Assembly: GCA_024958795.1 (NCBI GenBank)
Contig: JANXHP010000009.1
Span: forward strand, 34,776 to 98,775
DNA length: 64,000 nucleotides
Direction: 5' to 3'
Source of the DNA: Candidatus Poseidoniaceae archaeon
GTDB lineage: Archaea > Thermoplasmatota > Poseidoniia > Poseidoniales > Poseidoniaceae
Below are positions 30,472 to 41,400 of the stretch, in pieces. A program made the position numbers and the translations under genes. Position 1 is the first letter of the stretch; each line of letters begins with the position of its first letter. The notes under the pieces are model-generated. The model did not search any database and was not told where the DNA came from. It was given only the letters and a program-made list of their open reading frames with translations.

Positions 30472-31374
30472 ATGGCGAAGGGGAGAATTGTCGCAGGATG
30501 CATTGCACCTCATCCACCTCACCTTGTTTACGCAGAAAATCCAGACCAAAATGAACCAACTTCAGAAGGTGGCTGGGAACAATTGCGTTGGGGTTATGAA
30601 CGACTTCGTGAGTCACTATCAGAGATTGAGCATGATGTCATAGTAGTCCTTTCACCTCATTGGCAGACATATGTTGGAACTCATTTTTTGGGATTAGAAA
30701 ATTTCCAAAGTTTGAGTGTTGACCCTGTTTTTCCTAATCTGTTCAGATATCATTACGACTTGAATATTGATGTTGAATTAGCAAGGCAAATTCATGACAA
30801 TGCTGAAAAATCTGGATTGGCAGTAAAGATGATGGAAAACCCTGATTTTAGAGTTGATTATGGAACCATTACAACTGGTCATTTATTTAATCCAAAATGG
30901 GATAAACCCATGGTTGTTATTTCCTCGAACCGTTCTACCGATTATTATTCTCCTGAAGTAATGCAAGAGATGATGATTGAATTGGGTAGAGTTACTAGAG
31001 AAACGATTGAAGAAAGTGGCAAGAAGGCTATCATTTTGGCGAGTAATTCTCTTTCACATCGCCATTTTACTACCGAATCAGAAATTCCAGAAGACATGAG
31101 TAAAGAGCACATCTCTAGTCATGCAATGCATCTTTGGGATATGAGAATTATTGATTATATTCGCACTGGACAAACTCAGAGAATATTAAATGAAATGCCT
31201 GAATTTATTGAGCAAGCAATTGCTGAGAGTGATGGTGGCGGATTATCTTGGTTGATCTCTGCATTGGACACACCAGAATACCCTGCAATATTGCATGGCT
31301 ATGGAACGATTATTGGAACGGGAAATGCTGTGGTTGAATGGCCTTGCTACAAACATGAGGAGGAATCAGAATGA
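30472..31374 (+). CDS. amnB: 2-aminophenol 1,6-dioxygenase-type catalytic (beta) subunit, LigB-fold extradiol dioxygenase
   Basis: Motifs APHPPHLVYAENP.QNEP.S.GGWE.LRW, SPHW, SVDP.FPN.FRY, RVDYGTITT, LASNSLSH.HF, PEDMSKE, YGT.IGTGNAV match AmnB/CnbCb as recalled. His/His/Glu Fe ligands appear conserved. Confidence 0.85.
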   Translation: MAKGRIVAGCIAPHPPHLVYAENPDQNEPTSEGGWEQLRWGYERLRESLSEIEHDVIVVLSPHWQTYVGTHFLGLENFQSLSVDPVFPNLFRYHYDLNIDVELARQIHDNAEKSGLAVKMMENPDFRVDYGTITTGHLFNPKWDKPMVVISSNRSTDYYSPEVMQEMMIELGRVTRETIEESGKKAIILASNSLSHRHFTTESEIPEDMSKEHISSHAMHLWDMRIIDYIRTGQTQRILNEMPEFIEQAIAESDGGGLSWLISALDTPEYPAILHGYGTIIGTGNAVVEWPCYKHEEESE

Positions 31375-32801
31375 GTGAAGGAGAAATCATAGGCTCATAT
31401 ATTGTTCCTGTTCATCCTCATACCTACTTGGTTCCGGAACAAAATCCAGGATGGACTAATCTAAGAAATGCATTCGATGAAGCTGCCCTTCGTATAAAAA
31501 ATAGCGAAGCCGACTTGCTAATCATTTACTCAACTACTTGGCCGAGTATCATTGGTCATCAAATACAAGCTGACCCAAAACCTGAATGGGTAATGGTGGA
31601 CCATGATTTCCATGACCTCGGTTCAATACCTTATTCTTTCAATATCGATGCCGAATTTGCACATGCTTGGAATGATGCAAATCATGAAAGAGGATTGAAA
31701 AGTCGTACAATAAACTATCATGGATTCCCAATTGATGTCGGTTCAGTTGTTGCTCTAAAACTATTAAATCCTGATAATGCTATTCCTGCTGTAATTGTTT
31801 CATCAAACGTTTATGCAAACCGTTCTGAAACATCAGTTCTGGCAAAAGCATGCCTTGATGTTGTTCAAAGCACTGGACGTAAGGCAATTGCAATTACTGC
31901 CATGTCTCTTTCAAACAGAATGTTTACTGAAAATATTGATCCTAAAGATGATAAAATTCATTCCTTGAAAGATGATGAGTGGAATTGTAAAATTCTTGAA
32001 TTAATGGAAATGGGGCGACTTGAAGATGTTGGCCAATTATCACGAACTATTCAAAAACAAATCCGAGTTCGAAAAGTTGTAGCATTCAAGCCAATGTGGT
32101 GGCTATCGGCAATGAATGATAATAGAAATGACTTGACTGGTGAGGTATTGGCCTATGAGGCAATACATGGTGCTGGTGCAGCAGTAATACACTTGGACCC
32201 TGCTTCATGTGGTACTGGTGATAAGGAATATGACGAAGATGATGTTGAATATTTCCATGGAGACCGTAGTGTATTGGAATCAAACGATTCTGAAACTACA
32301 TCAATTGATGATGAAGTTGAAGCGGAAGAAGAAATTATGGTTGAGGAAAATGGTCCCGAATTGTGGGAGCCTACAACTGCAGATGGTTCAGTGAATACAG
32401 ATTCAGCACCTAAGCCGGTGGGTGCATATCCTCATGCACGACGAGTAGGAGATCTACTATATCTCTCGGGAGTTGGTCCACGGCAAGCAGGAACTAATTC
32501 AATTCCGGGTGGTCCAATACATGATGAAAATGGTGAGCCTCTTGATTATGACATCAAGGCCCAAACCCATGCTGTAATAGATAACATCTCACGTATCTTA
32601 GAAGAAGCAGGTTCATCTCTAGACCAAGTGATTGATGTTACTACTTTCTTAGTAGATATGAAACGAGATTTCAAAGGTTACAATGAAGTTTGGGCTGAGA
32701 CATTAGGAAATATTGGCCCAACTAGAACAACATTAGCCATTAGAGCACTACCAACTCCGATAGCAGTTGAGATGAAAGTAATCGCACAATTATCTGAATG
32801 A
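31371..32801 (+). CDS. Fusion of 2-aminophenol 1,6-dioxygenase-type alpha subunit, acidic linker and RidA/YjgF (2-aminomuconate deaminase-like) domain
   Basis: N-terminal ~275 aa has YSTTW, NYHGFPIDVG, IDPKDDKI..KDDEWN (AmnA-like, no Fe ligands). C-terminal ~135 aa has APKPVGAYPHAR...LSGVGPR...PTRTT...LPTPIAVEMK. ATGA overlap with amnB. Confidence 0.85.
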   Translation: MSEGEIIGSYIVPVHPHTYLVPEQNPGWTNLRNAFDEAALRIKNSEADLLIIYSTTWPSIIGHQIQADPKPEWVMVDHDFHDLGSIPYSFNIDAEFAHAWNDANHERGLKSRTINYHGFPIDVGSVVALKLLNPDNAIPAVIVSSNVYANRSETSVLAKACLDVVQSTGRKAIAITAMSLSNRMFTENIDPKDDKIHSLKDDEWNCKILELMEMGRLEDVGQLSRTIQKQIRVRKVVAFKPMWWLSAMNDNRNDLTGEVLAYEAIHGAGAAVIHLDPASCGTGDKEYDEDDVEYFHGDRSVLESNDSETTSIDDEVEAEEEIMVEENGPELWEPTTADGSVNTDSAPKPVGAYPHARRVGDLLYLSGVGPRQAGTNSIPGGPIHDENGEPLDYDIKAQTHAVIDNISRILEEAGSSLDQVIDVTTFLVDMKRDFKGYNEVWAETLGNIGPTRTTLAIRALPTPIAVEMKVIAQLSE

Positions 32802-32812
32802 TAATCATCCAT

Positions 32813-35431
32813 TCAGGACACTCTAGTCCAAGACCCATCGTCAGCAACATTCCAATATTGCACTTCTTCACTGACATCAACATACCACCCAGTAGCACCT
32901 TGTTCTGTACCTGGTGCTGCTTGCATCACACCAACTTCTGCAGCTGCTGCTGCTAATTTTGTTTTCATCGCATCGTCAATCCAATCACTATTAGTTTGCT
33001 TGTCAACTTTAGATTCTAATTCCGACTCATCATCTGCATCATCCTCTGATGATGAACTTTCAGGTTGCTTTTCATCATAATCAAATGCGTCTTCAACCCA
33101 TTCTCCATCTGAAACTTGATTCGCTTTGCGTATTAGAACAATGAATGTGATCAAAATTAATGATAGAAGAAATGCACCTAATCCCATAGCAGTATTGGTA
33201 GAACCGACCGCACCACCGAGCATGACCGATTCAACATCAAAGAAATTCTGAGCGATTATTCCATCCCACATTATTGTGCAAGACCTATCATTTCCTGCAG
33301 TCGTTATCTCCACTTCCCACGTATCTGCTGTCACATGAGTCGTTGGTCCAGCATTACATGAGAGGGTGGTATTTTCGGCATCGATAGTAACTTCATTTCC
33401 ATAGGAGTCTATTCCATTTGCCCTTAACAGAAATACATCACCTTGTGATAATGAGTCTCCATCAAGTTCTGCAACAATGCGAATTGCATTACCTGGTAAA
33501 ATCGTCAACTCAATATCACGTTTTGCATCTCCTTCTTCAATGGTCAATACATATTCTCCTGCTGTTTTTCCTGTTAGAGACCAATATCCTACTCCAGCAG
33601 ATGATGCTTCAATGGTACCGACTTCTGTAAGTAAATCACTGGAGAGGCCATTACTCGGCCCTGTATTGCCGTGAACGTCAACAACTTGAACAAAAATATC
33701 AATGCTCTCTCCAGCAATTACAATAATTCCTGCATCCATGTCTGTAATCAAATGCTGTGCTGAACCAGCAACTACAGTCAACCTAACAGTTGCAAAAATA
33801 CCATCTGCATTTGCCCTAATTTCATGACCACCTACTAATGATGAAGAAAAATATCCATCTGATAGAATTAGTTCTAATGTAGAGTCTACATCATCTATTG
33901 TCCAGTTGACATCAACTCCAACAATTTCGTTTCCATAAGCATCGGTAAATTGTGGCTCCATCAATAATGGTGTGTCAGCAGGAAGTATCATTGAGTCTCC
34001 ATTTAGATAAATAAATGCAAGTTTTCCATGTTGAACTTCAATTTGATTTGCAACATTATACCTAGAATCTGTAGCATTATCAAACCAAGTACCATCGAAC
34101 CTCCAAATTCCAACTTTCTGTGGATTGAATACTATATGGTCTGATTCTATTTGCATTAATGAGGCGTTACCTGATGACAATGTGATTTCTGCATCTACTG
34201 ACCAATAATTTCCAGAACGGTCTACTGCTTCAAAGACTACAACACATTGAGTTCCTGCTGTTAAATGAGATTTGCTAAAAGATAGAATCGCATTGATTGC
34301 ATTTCCATGTACAACATTCACTTCTATACTAGAAAGCACATCTTCATCAACGACCTGAATTGTTACTAGTCCTGTTGAACTTGGCGTCCACCAAACCTTT
34401 TCGTCTTCATAATGAAGTCCTCCACTTGATATTGACCAATTTGATAATGGTGGAATGACATATCCGGAATAACCATTGTTATCCGTCCTAATCGTTGCAA
34501 CCTCATACGCAGTACCTGCAGCATATGATTCTAAATCTTCCATTATTACTAATTGGGAAATCAATGCATTTGCTGGGACAACAAATATGCTACCATTACC
34601 AAATATTCCACCAGCAATAACTGAAAGATTCCACCGACCTGGTGCTGAGGCTTGATACCAACCTTGACTATTGATTGAACCATTTTCTGCATACCATGCC
34701 TTTGAACCAGCAGCAGAACTATTCATTGTAAAACCGTTAGCATCTACTAGTTTCGGTTTGAGTAAAACCGATTGCCCAGAACGAATTTGAATACCTTCTG
34801 GGAAAATAAATTCGGATGGAGCACCCGGGATGACTTCAGCAACAACGTTTGTTTCCATTTGGTTCAAACGTGCTTTAATATTCACATTTCCAACATCATC
34901 CGCAATCCACTGTGGGCTTCCTTGACCAATATAATTTCCATCAATAGTCCAAATCACGTCACTACTGATTTTTTCATTTCCTCTTGAGTCAACTTCGTTT
35001 GCAACTAAGGTATAGGGTTGCAATACTTGAGGAGAAAGTGTCGTTATTCGTAATGTATTTGCTTGACCAGGAGTAACTGTGATGTTATATGTAGCATTCA
35101 ATGTTAGATGATCTGCTCGAATTTCAACATCTCCAGCATTCCAAGGAAAGAAGAGACCTGTGTCATCAATAGTACCATTACTACAGCTCCATGAAACCTC
35201 TCCTTCTGCAATATTATTTACAGAATCATATAATGTTGCTACAAAAGTTAGAACTTCATCAGCAGTCATAGAATATTGTGGAGATGTTACCTCCATTCTT
35301 GTTGGAGTGCCTGCTTTCATTATCACTTCATCATCTAATGACAATACAGCGATAGGCTGCAATACTTGAGTAAACAATAGTGATAGAATAAAGAAAAATA
35401 TTAATTCCCTATTTCTTGCACTATCTTGCAT
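32813..35431 (-). CDS. Secreted, C-terminally anchored protein with ~8 Ig-like (DxxGN) repeats and a Trp-rich cytoplasmic tail
   Basis: Signal peptide. Repeats DSVNN, DSRGN, DANGF, DNNGY, DRSGN, DAYGN, DVHGN, DSYGN. TM helix, acidic tail ending GWYVD...YWNVADDGSW. Confidence 0.8.
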   Translation of the reverse strand: MQDSARNRELIFFFILSLLFTQVLQPIAVLSLDDEVIMKAGTPTRMEVTSPQYSMTADEVLTFVATLYDSVNNIAEGEVSWSCSNGTIDDTGLFFPWNAGDVEIRADHLTLNATYNITVTPGQANTLRITTLSPQVLQPYTLVANEVDSRGNEKISSDVIWTIDGNYIGQGSPQWIADDVGNVNIKARLNQMETNVVAEVIPGAPSEFIFPEGIQIRSGQSVLLKPKLVDANGFTMNSSAAGSKAWYAENGSINSQGWYQASAPGRWNLSVIAGGIFGNGSIFVVPANALISQLVIMEDLESYAAGTAYEVATIRTDNNGYSGYVIPPLSNWSISSGGLHYEDEKVWWTPSSTGLVTIQVVDEDVLSSIEVNVVHGNAINAILSFSKSHLTAGTQCVVVFEAVDRSGNYWSVDAEITLSSGNASLMQIESDHIVFNPQKVGIWRFDGTWFDNATDSRYNVANQIEVQHGKLAFIYLNGDSMILPADTPLLMEPQFTDAYGNEIVGVDVNWTIDDVDSTLELILSDGYFSSSLVGGHEIRANADGIFATVRLTVVAGSAQHLITDMDAGIIVIAGESIDIFVQVVDVHGNTGPSNGLSSDLLTEVGTIEASSAGVGYWSLTGKTAGEYVLTIEEGDAKRDIELTILPGNAIRIVAELDGDSLSQGDVFLLRANGIDSYGNEVTIDAENTTLSCNAGPTTHVTADTWEVEITTAGNDRSCTIMWDGIIAQNFFDVESVMLGGAVGSTNTAMGLGAFLLSLILITFIVLIRKANQVSDGEWVEDAFDYDEKQPESSSSEDDADDESELESKVDKQTNSDWIDDAMKTKLAAAAAEVGVMQAAPGTEQGATGWYVDVSEEVQYWNVADDGSWTRVS

Positions 35432-35460
35432 ACTACCACCTGTAATGGAAGACTCAACAA

Positions 35461-38400
35461 TCAGTCAACCCATTGTTCCCAATCAGCGTCACCTTGTTGT
35501 CGATACCACCAAGTTCCAGCTTCATCTTCCCACCACTCGGTTCCTTCGTCATCAACACGATAACTTTCATCTTTGGTAAAATCAGTTTGCTCTGGTTCGG
35601 GCTCAGGCTCTGGAGTTGGGGCTGGACCGGCGGGACCTGCTGGACCGGTTGGACCGGCTCCACCACCGCGAGTAGGTTTCCTTCTCTCAGCGATTGGCTC
35701 ATCATCCTCATCGTCATACTCATCTTCTTCGTCCCATTCATCATCATTTCCAGTTAATACCATCTTCAAAACAATCAGTAGAACAATACCAATTGCTGCT
35801 GCCAAAAATGCTCCAACATAATACAAAATACCGCCTGCTTCAAAGAATCCTTCAAGTGTTCCAGTTACTGTGAAAGTTCGCTCTTCATTTACCTGTCCTG
35901 AATTTACTGTAATAGATTGGCTGCCTTCATCAAGAGTAATAATTCTCCAAACTCCATCGCCTTGATTGAGCACTTCTGCCCTACCCGTTGAATCAACAAG
36001 TGTGCTAGGAGGTACTGGAATCTCATTCCAATACTCATCATATGCTGTCACACTAACAGTAAACTCTCCAAGTTGCTCAATAACTTCACTTGAAAGTTCA
36101 ACCTTTAGATGTGCTACAATTCTCTTTGCACTAACTGCTAATTCTATTTCATTACTAACAGTAAGAGAACTGCTATATGTCAATATATGTGGACCTTCAA
36201 TTCTTGCTAGATAAGTATAGACTCCTTCTACAGATGTTGAATTGATATCGTGGGCTACTCCATTATTTTCTTGCCATTCAACATTTTGTGGGAATGTATT
36301 TCCGTCACTATCAGTTCCAGTAATCGCTATTGTGATTTCATATCCTGCTGTTGCAGTATTTGCATCCTCTGTTGCGTGCAGACTTACGGCTTGGCCATGA
36401 TGAATCGTAATACTCACATAATCGCTAACTTCGTATCCTGAATCGCTAAGATTGGTTGCCTTAATTGTATAGTTTCCAATACTACTAGCTTGCCAACGCA
36501 TATTATTTGCTAACAATGTATCAGTAATGTCGGTTTCTTCGCCACTTGATTCAGCGATAATCAACCATCTGAGAATATTTGTATCTATTGGATTTTGATC
36601 ATCATCATATAGTTCTACAGCGAATTCAATCCAGTCATCTGAAGTTAAATCATATGTTCCAGATGTTTCATCATCACTACTGATTGAACTCAAATCAATA
36701 TTTGTTAGAACACCATGAGATACTGTAGCATTTATTGAAATTTCATGAATCATATTTCCATCATAATAAGCCGCAGTTATTGTGTATGGAGATTCTGAAG
36801 CATGATATGGAACGAAAGTTGTTTGATCATTTACCAACTGTTCTAATACACTTTGGTCATTCCAAAATGCATGGGAAATGGACCAATTCGCAGTGATTGT
36901 CCAACGATTACCTTTTGCGTCAATTGCCTTGACCTTAACCTCTAATGTTTCATCAGCAGTTAGTGGCATCATTTGCCAACTAGCATCTTCAGAATCAACA
37001 ATCAACACTAATGTATTAATCGCTCCTTCCGAAACGGTAATTGTGATTTCTGCATATACAGATTCATACTTCGCTTGTAACAACTTGGCACCTCTTGTAA
37101 CTGGATCCCAAATCGCAGGTGCTCCAGCGCTCAATTGTCCATCTGCAATCTTTGTCCAATTTTCACTTGGAAGTACAACTGTCAATCTATTTCCTCGTAC
37201 ATCTATTCGTGTTGTGTTGATATATACGCGTTCATCAGCAGTAATTTCTGTTGAAGAAATCGCGAGTTCAAGACTCTGCATCTCTCCATGACCTACTGTA
37301 ATATTTATCTCAGCAGATGCTCCAGAAACCGATGTCAGGGACAATGTCCATGTTCCTAAGTGGTCTGGGAAATATTGGTTATTTAATTCACTGTAATTAC
37401 CATCATTAGTACTCCAAGATAGCAACCCGGCATGTGTTTCGTTCAAAACATTACCAAATTGGTCGTATAGAGTATGAGTGATATCACACCATTCTCCAGC
37501 AGGTACTACTCCTTCACAACCAGATAGTTCGAAATATGATGGAATTCCATTACCAACTGCAATTTGGACATATACTGATTGCGTTCCCCATGTTACAGTA
37601 ACAGTTTGAGCACCAGAAGCAAACGGATAGTAAATATTTCCATTTACCCCACCCATTGTTCCATTTGAAGTAGAGAAGGTGATTAATTCACCTGCAACAA
37701 CATTACCAAATTGGTCAACAACTGCTGCAGTGATTTCCAATGATTCATCCGATGTTATTTGACCAGTTAATGGTGTTACATCGAGAGTTGTTGGACTACC
37801 CGGAGTAACTGTAATTGATTCACTAGTACATATCAAACCAAAACAAGCAGTAATGGTGTGTGTACCAACGCCTCTAGGAGTAAACAGACCGAAGGAATCC
37901 ATGCTTCCATCACTAGAGCTCCAAGTTACTGGTGCGCTTATTTGTAATGCTTGATGATTATACGCTTGATGAGAGAAACTGTATGTTGTATCTGCATCGG
38001 TCGTAGGTGCTGTTGGAGAAACAGTAATACTACTGACATTTGTAGTATTCAACTGTATTATTGGTCTCATAGAAGCGGTCATATATTCACTTGAGTACAT
38101 ATCCAATGTTAGGTCACCTGCATTTGGTGTTGCAATGAGAATCCATTGGTTATCATTGTCAATTAACATTCCATTAACCCCAATATCGAACCAAATCCAC
38201 CCTGTTGCAGTGGATGGAAGTGTCATTGTAGTAATTGCAGTAACATCATAATCAACACCTGCTTGAAGACCTGGACTACTCCAATTTGTACCTGGAGTTG
38301 ATTGATTCCATGAAGAAGCAGATTGGCTCCAGCCGGATGATATCATTCTGTGCACTGAAATATCCAATGTTGATGCTCCACCAGATGCAGAGATTGATGC

Positions 38401-41400
38401 AATGTATAATCCAAGGCTTGCAGAGTGAATATTTTGGAATGGAGCAAATGGAATCTGGGAGTTATCTAGTCCGATTATCGCTCTACATTTTGCATTTGCA
38501 ACCGAATCACATCCAGTTCCAATACTGAGGAAATCAACATCTCCTTGATTGATACTAGGATTCGCTTCACTAAGTGTTCCATCTCTAATATTGGTGTGTC
38601 CAAATTGTAATACTTCGTTTCCAGTTTGGAAATCATAAGTGAAGGTTAAGTCTTGATTGTCGGTATGCGATGGATCTCCAATTGCGAAAGACCAACGAGG
38701 TGAAGAAGGCCCAGGAATTGTTTGGTTAACACCTTGAACCCACCATGAAAACACATCACCAGCATCTAGAACATTGTTGAAACGGAATGTTGTTCCATTT
38801 ATGTATGAACTTTCCCAAGACTTGTATTTGTAAACACCAGTTGAATTGGCAATGGTAACAATATATCCGCTTGCCCCAGTTACTGTGTTCCAAGATAATA
38901 CTGGATTAGATTGACTTTGAAGAATTATTTCACTGCTATCGTATAATACGCTACCATCGAGTGGGAATTGAAGTGATGGTTGGCCTGGAGGAATTATTCC
39001 GGCTGTGTTGTCAACATAATCTAGTACCAACTGTGGACGACGTGATTCATTAGTGCTATAATCACTTGAGAAGAAACGATGAGTTGTTCCCGGAGTACCT
39101 ACTACCTTCAACATGACTGACATCGTCATATTACCATTGGCAATATTTGATTGAGCTAAACTTGTCAAGTCAAATTCATACCAGCCATTTGGCGGCATTA
39201 GTGTAAGAGTAGTGCGTGTTAATTCAGAGGTAGAACAGGATGGGGCATTATTCCAAGTAGCACTAGATTCACTAAAAGAGGAACAGGCATGTGCAGAAAT
39301 TGTCGATGATGTAGTTCCAATTACTTGCTCTCTCCAAAGTTTGAGTACCATTGATGTAGGGGTCATAGCCGCAGGCCATGGAATATCTCCCAACTCAAAT
39401 TCAAGAAGAATTCGGCTTTCACCAGTTCCAGATGATGTTGTGCCTAAATCAAGAGTAGTGCTCGACCCTTGGTTGCTAGTAACTGTTGATTCCAGTTCAA
39501 CATCAGGTACATCTGGCAATAGTCCACTATCGGTGAAAATAGAGCCTCGTGACAATATGACTGTGTGATTACCACTGCCGTCATCGTATCCAATAGAATC
39601 TGGAGTCCTATAACTGTGGACATCAGACCATTCACCAATGCGATTATTTTGGTCTGCTCTAACGCGCCAGTAAGTCCATGCATCATCAAAAGTGTTATTG
39701 AAAATTGTCAATGTATTGCTAGTGGAATTGAAAGCTGAATCAGTTCCGTTCAAGTCGTTCATACCGTTACAGGTAGCAAAAAGCATACGTGGATCATCAG
39801 AACCACAACTAAACCAACGAGTTTCATTATTTTGTAGCCCAGTCCAATTAAGAACAACTTCACTCAAACCAGAAGGTCTAGGAGTGCTAGTATTCCATAA
39901 TGTGGCTCCAAATGCAGGCGATAAGCCGGTTGATGCAGAAGGTATCCATGGTGCTTGTTCTGAGTAAGTGAAATTAATTCTTGGCCTGCTATCAACATCA
40001 GTTGATTCACTACTATGTAATGCATATGAACCCATCGCGGTAGTACCATCATCCTCACCTTGGAGAATTAGAGAGATTGTACTTTGACCATTATGAATTG
40101 CTGCTTGAATCGCAGCAGTCAGGTTCCAACTGACTGTGTCAGTAGAAGAACTAATCCATTCACCTTCTGAAAATGGGATGTCGCTATCACCACTCTGATG
40201 TGCACCTGGTGCTATCCAGTTTACTGTAGCTGAAGAAGCGGCCCATTGAGAATATTCATTCCAATTAGTATTCATTACTGATACTGAAGTATATACTGAA
40301 CCGGAACCTGAAGCAACTGTCATTTCTAGTGTAGCATTTTGAATTTCATAAATACTTGGCATAGGAAGAACGCCGATATCAAATGAAATTAATGAGTTAG
40401 CATAATGGTTATTTGACAAAGGACTTCTTCCAACATACATTGTTGCAGTATTACCAAAACTATTGAATCGATTACCGCTATCAAGGTAGGTGTCTTCCGA
40501 TAGCGCAGGATATCCCAATGGCTCCACATATGCGCCTTCTTGAAGTGAGATCCATGCTGTGGTTGAATCAACTTCTCCACTCTTTTCCTCTGGTATATGG
40601 AATGCTGTAGAAGTACTACGTGGGCCTAACATTCCATCCACAACAGGCTGTACCATCCAACGCACTTCACGGGTATGAGTAATATCAATTCCAGGCGTAA
40701 ATGTTAGATTTGTCAAATCAAATAATTGAGGTTGAGTTCTGGAATCATATGTAGTTAATCCTTCCATATCATCATTTGCATCAGCCATAATGTGTATTCT
40801 CCAATTATCAATATTTGCTGAATTTGTATGAGTCCAAGACATGGTTGGTTTGTATTCTGGTATTGCTGCATGAGAAGATGTATTCCAAGAAATCATATTA
40901 TTGTAAGGGCCAGTATTACTTCCTGCCACTGTTGGAATTGAAGCAGTACCATTGGTCCAAGTTAGATTGAGCCAAGGTTTGTCAGATGAGGTACTATCTG
41001 TTGAAATAAATTGAACATAATCTTGAGTCACTGTTGAAGATGCATAAATCATCAATGAAAGTTCACTAGAACCAGCTGCTTGAGCCGCTTGTACTGCCTC
41101 AGTAACATCCCAAGTCATCCAATCCGCGGAAACACTATCCTGAATATCTACATAATTTCCAATATCTGTGCTGATATTTCTTCCACCTGGTAAAGACCAA
41201 TTATTAATTCCATCATATGTTGTATCGTTTGCATCAGCATTCCAATTCTGTAGAACTGGTCTAATTGCTAATGGCTCGTCTATCGCTGAACCAAATATTG
41301 AGTATAGGTTCAATTCTGCACCTGTAATTCTTGCATTACTCGGAGTAGGCAATTCATTGAGTGGAATTTTTATCAATCCAGCAGACTGGTATCCTGTTGA

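Noticed and set aside
35590-35670. GPT-GPA-GPA-GPA and (PE)n as a collagen-like domain or DNA repeat element
   Set aside because: There are only four triplets, so this is a low-complexity linker in the cytoplasmic tail.
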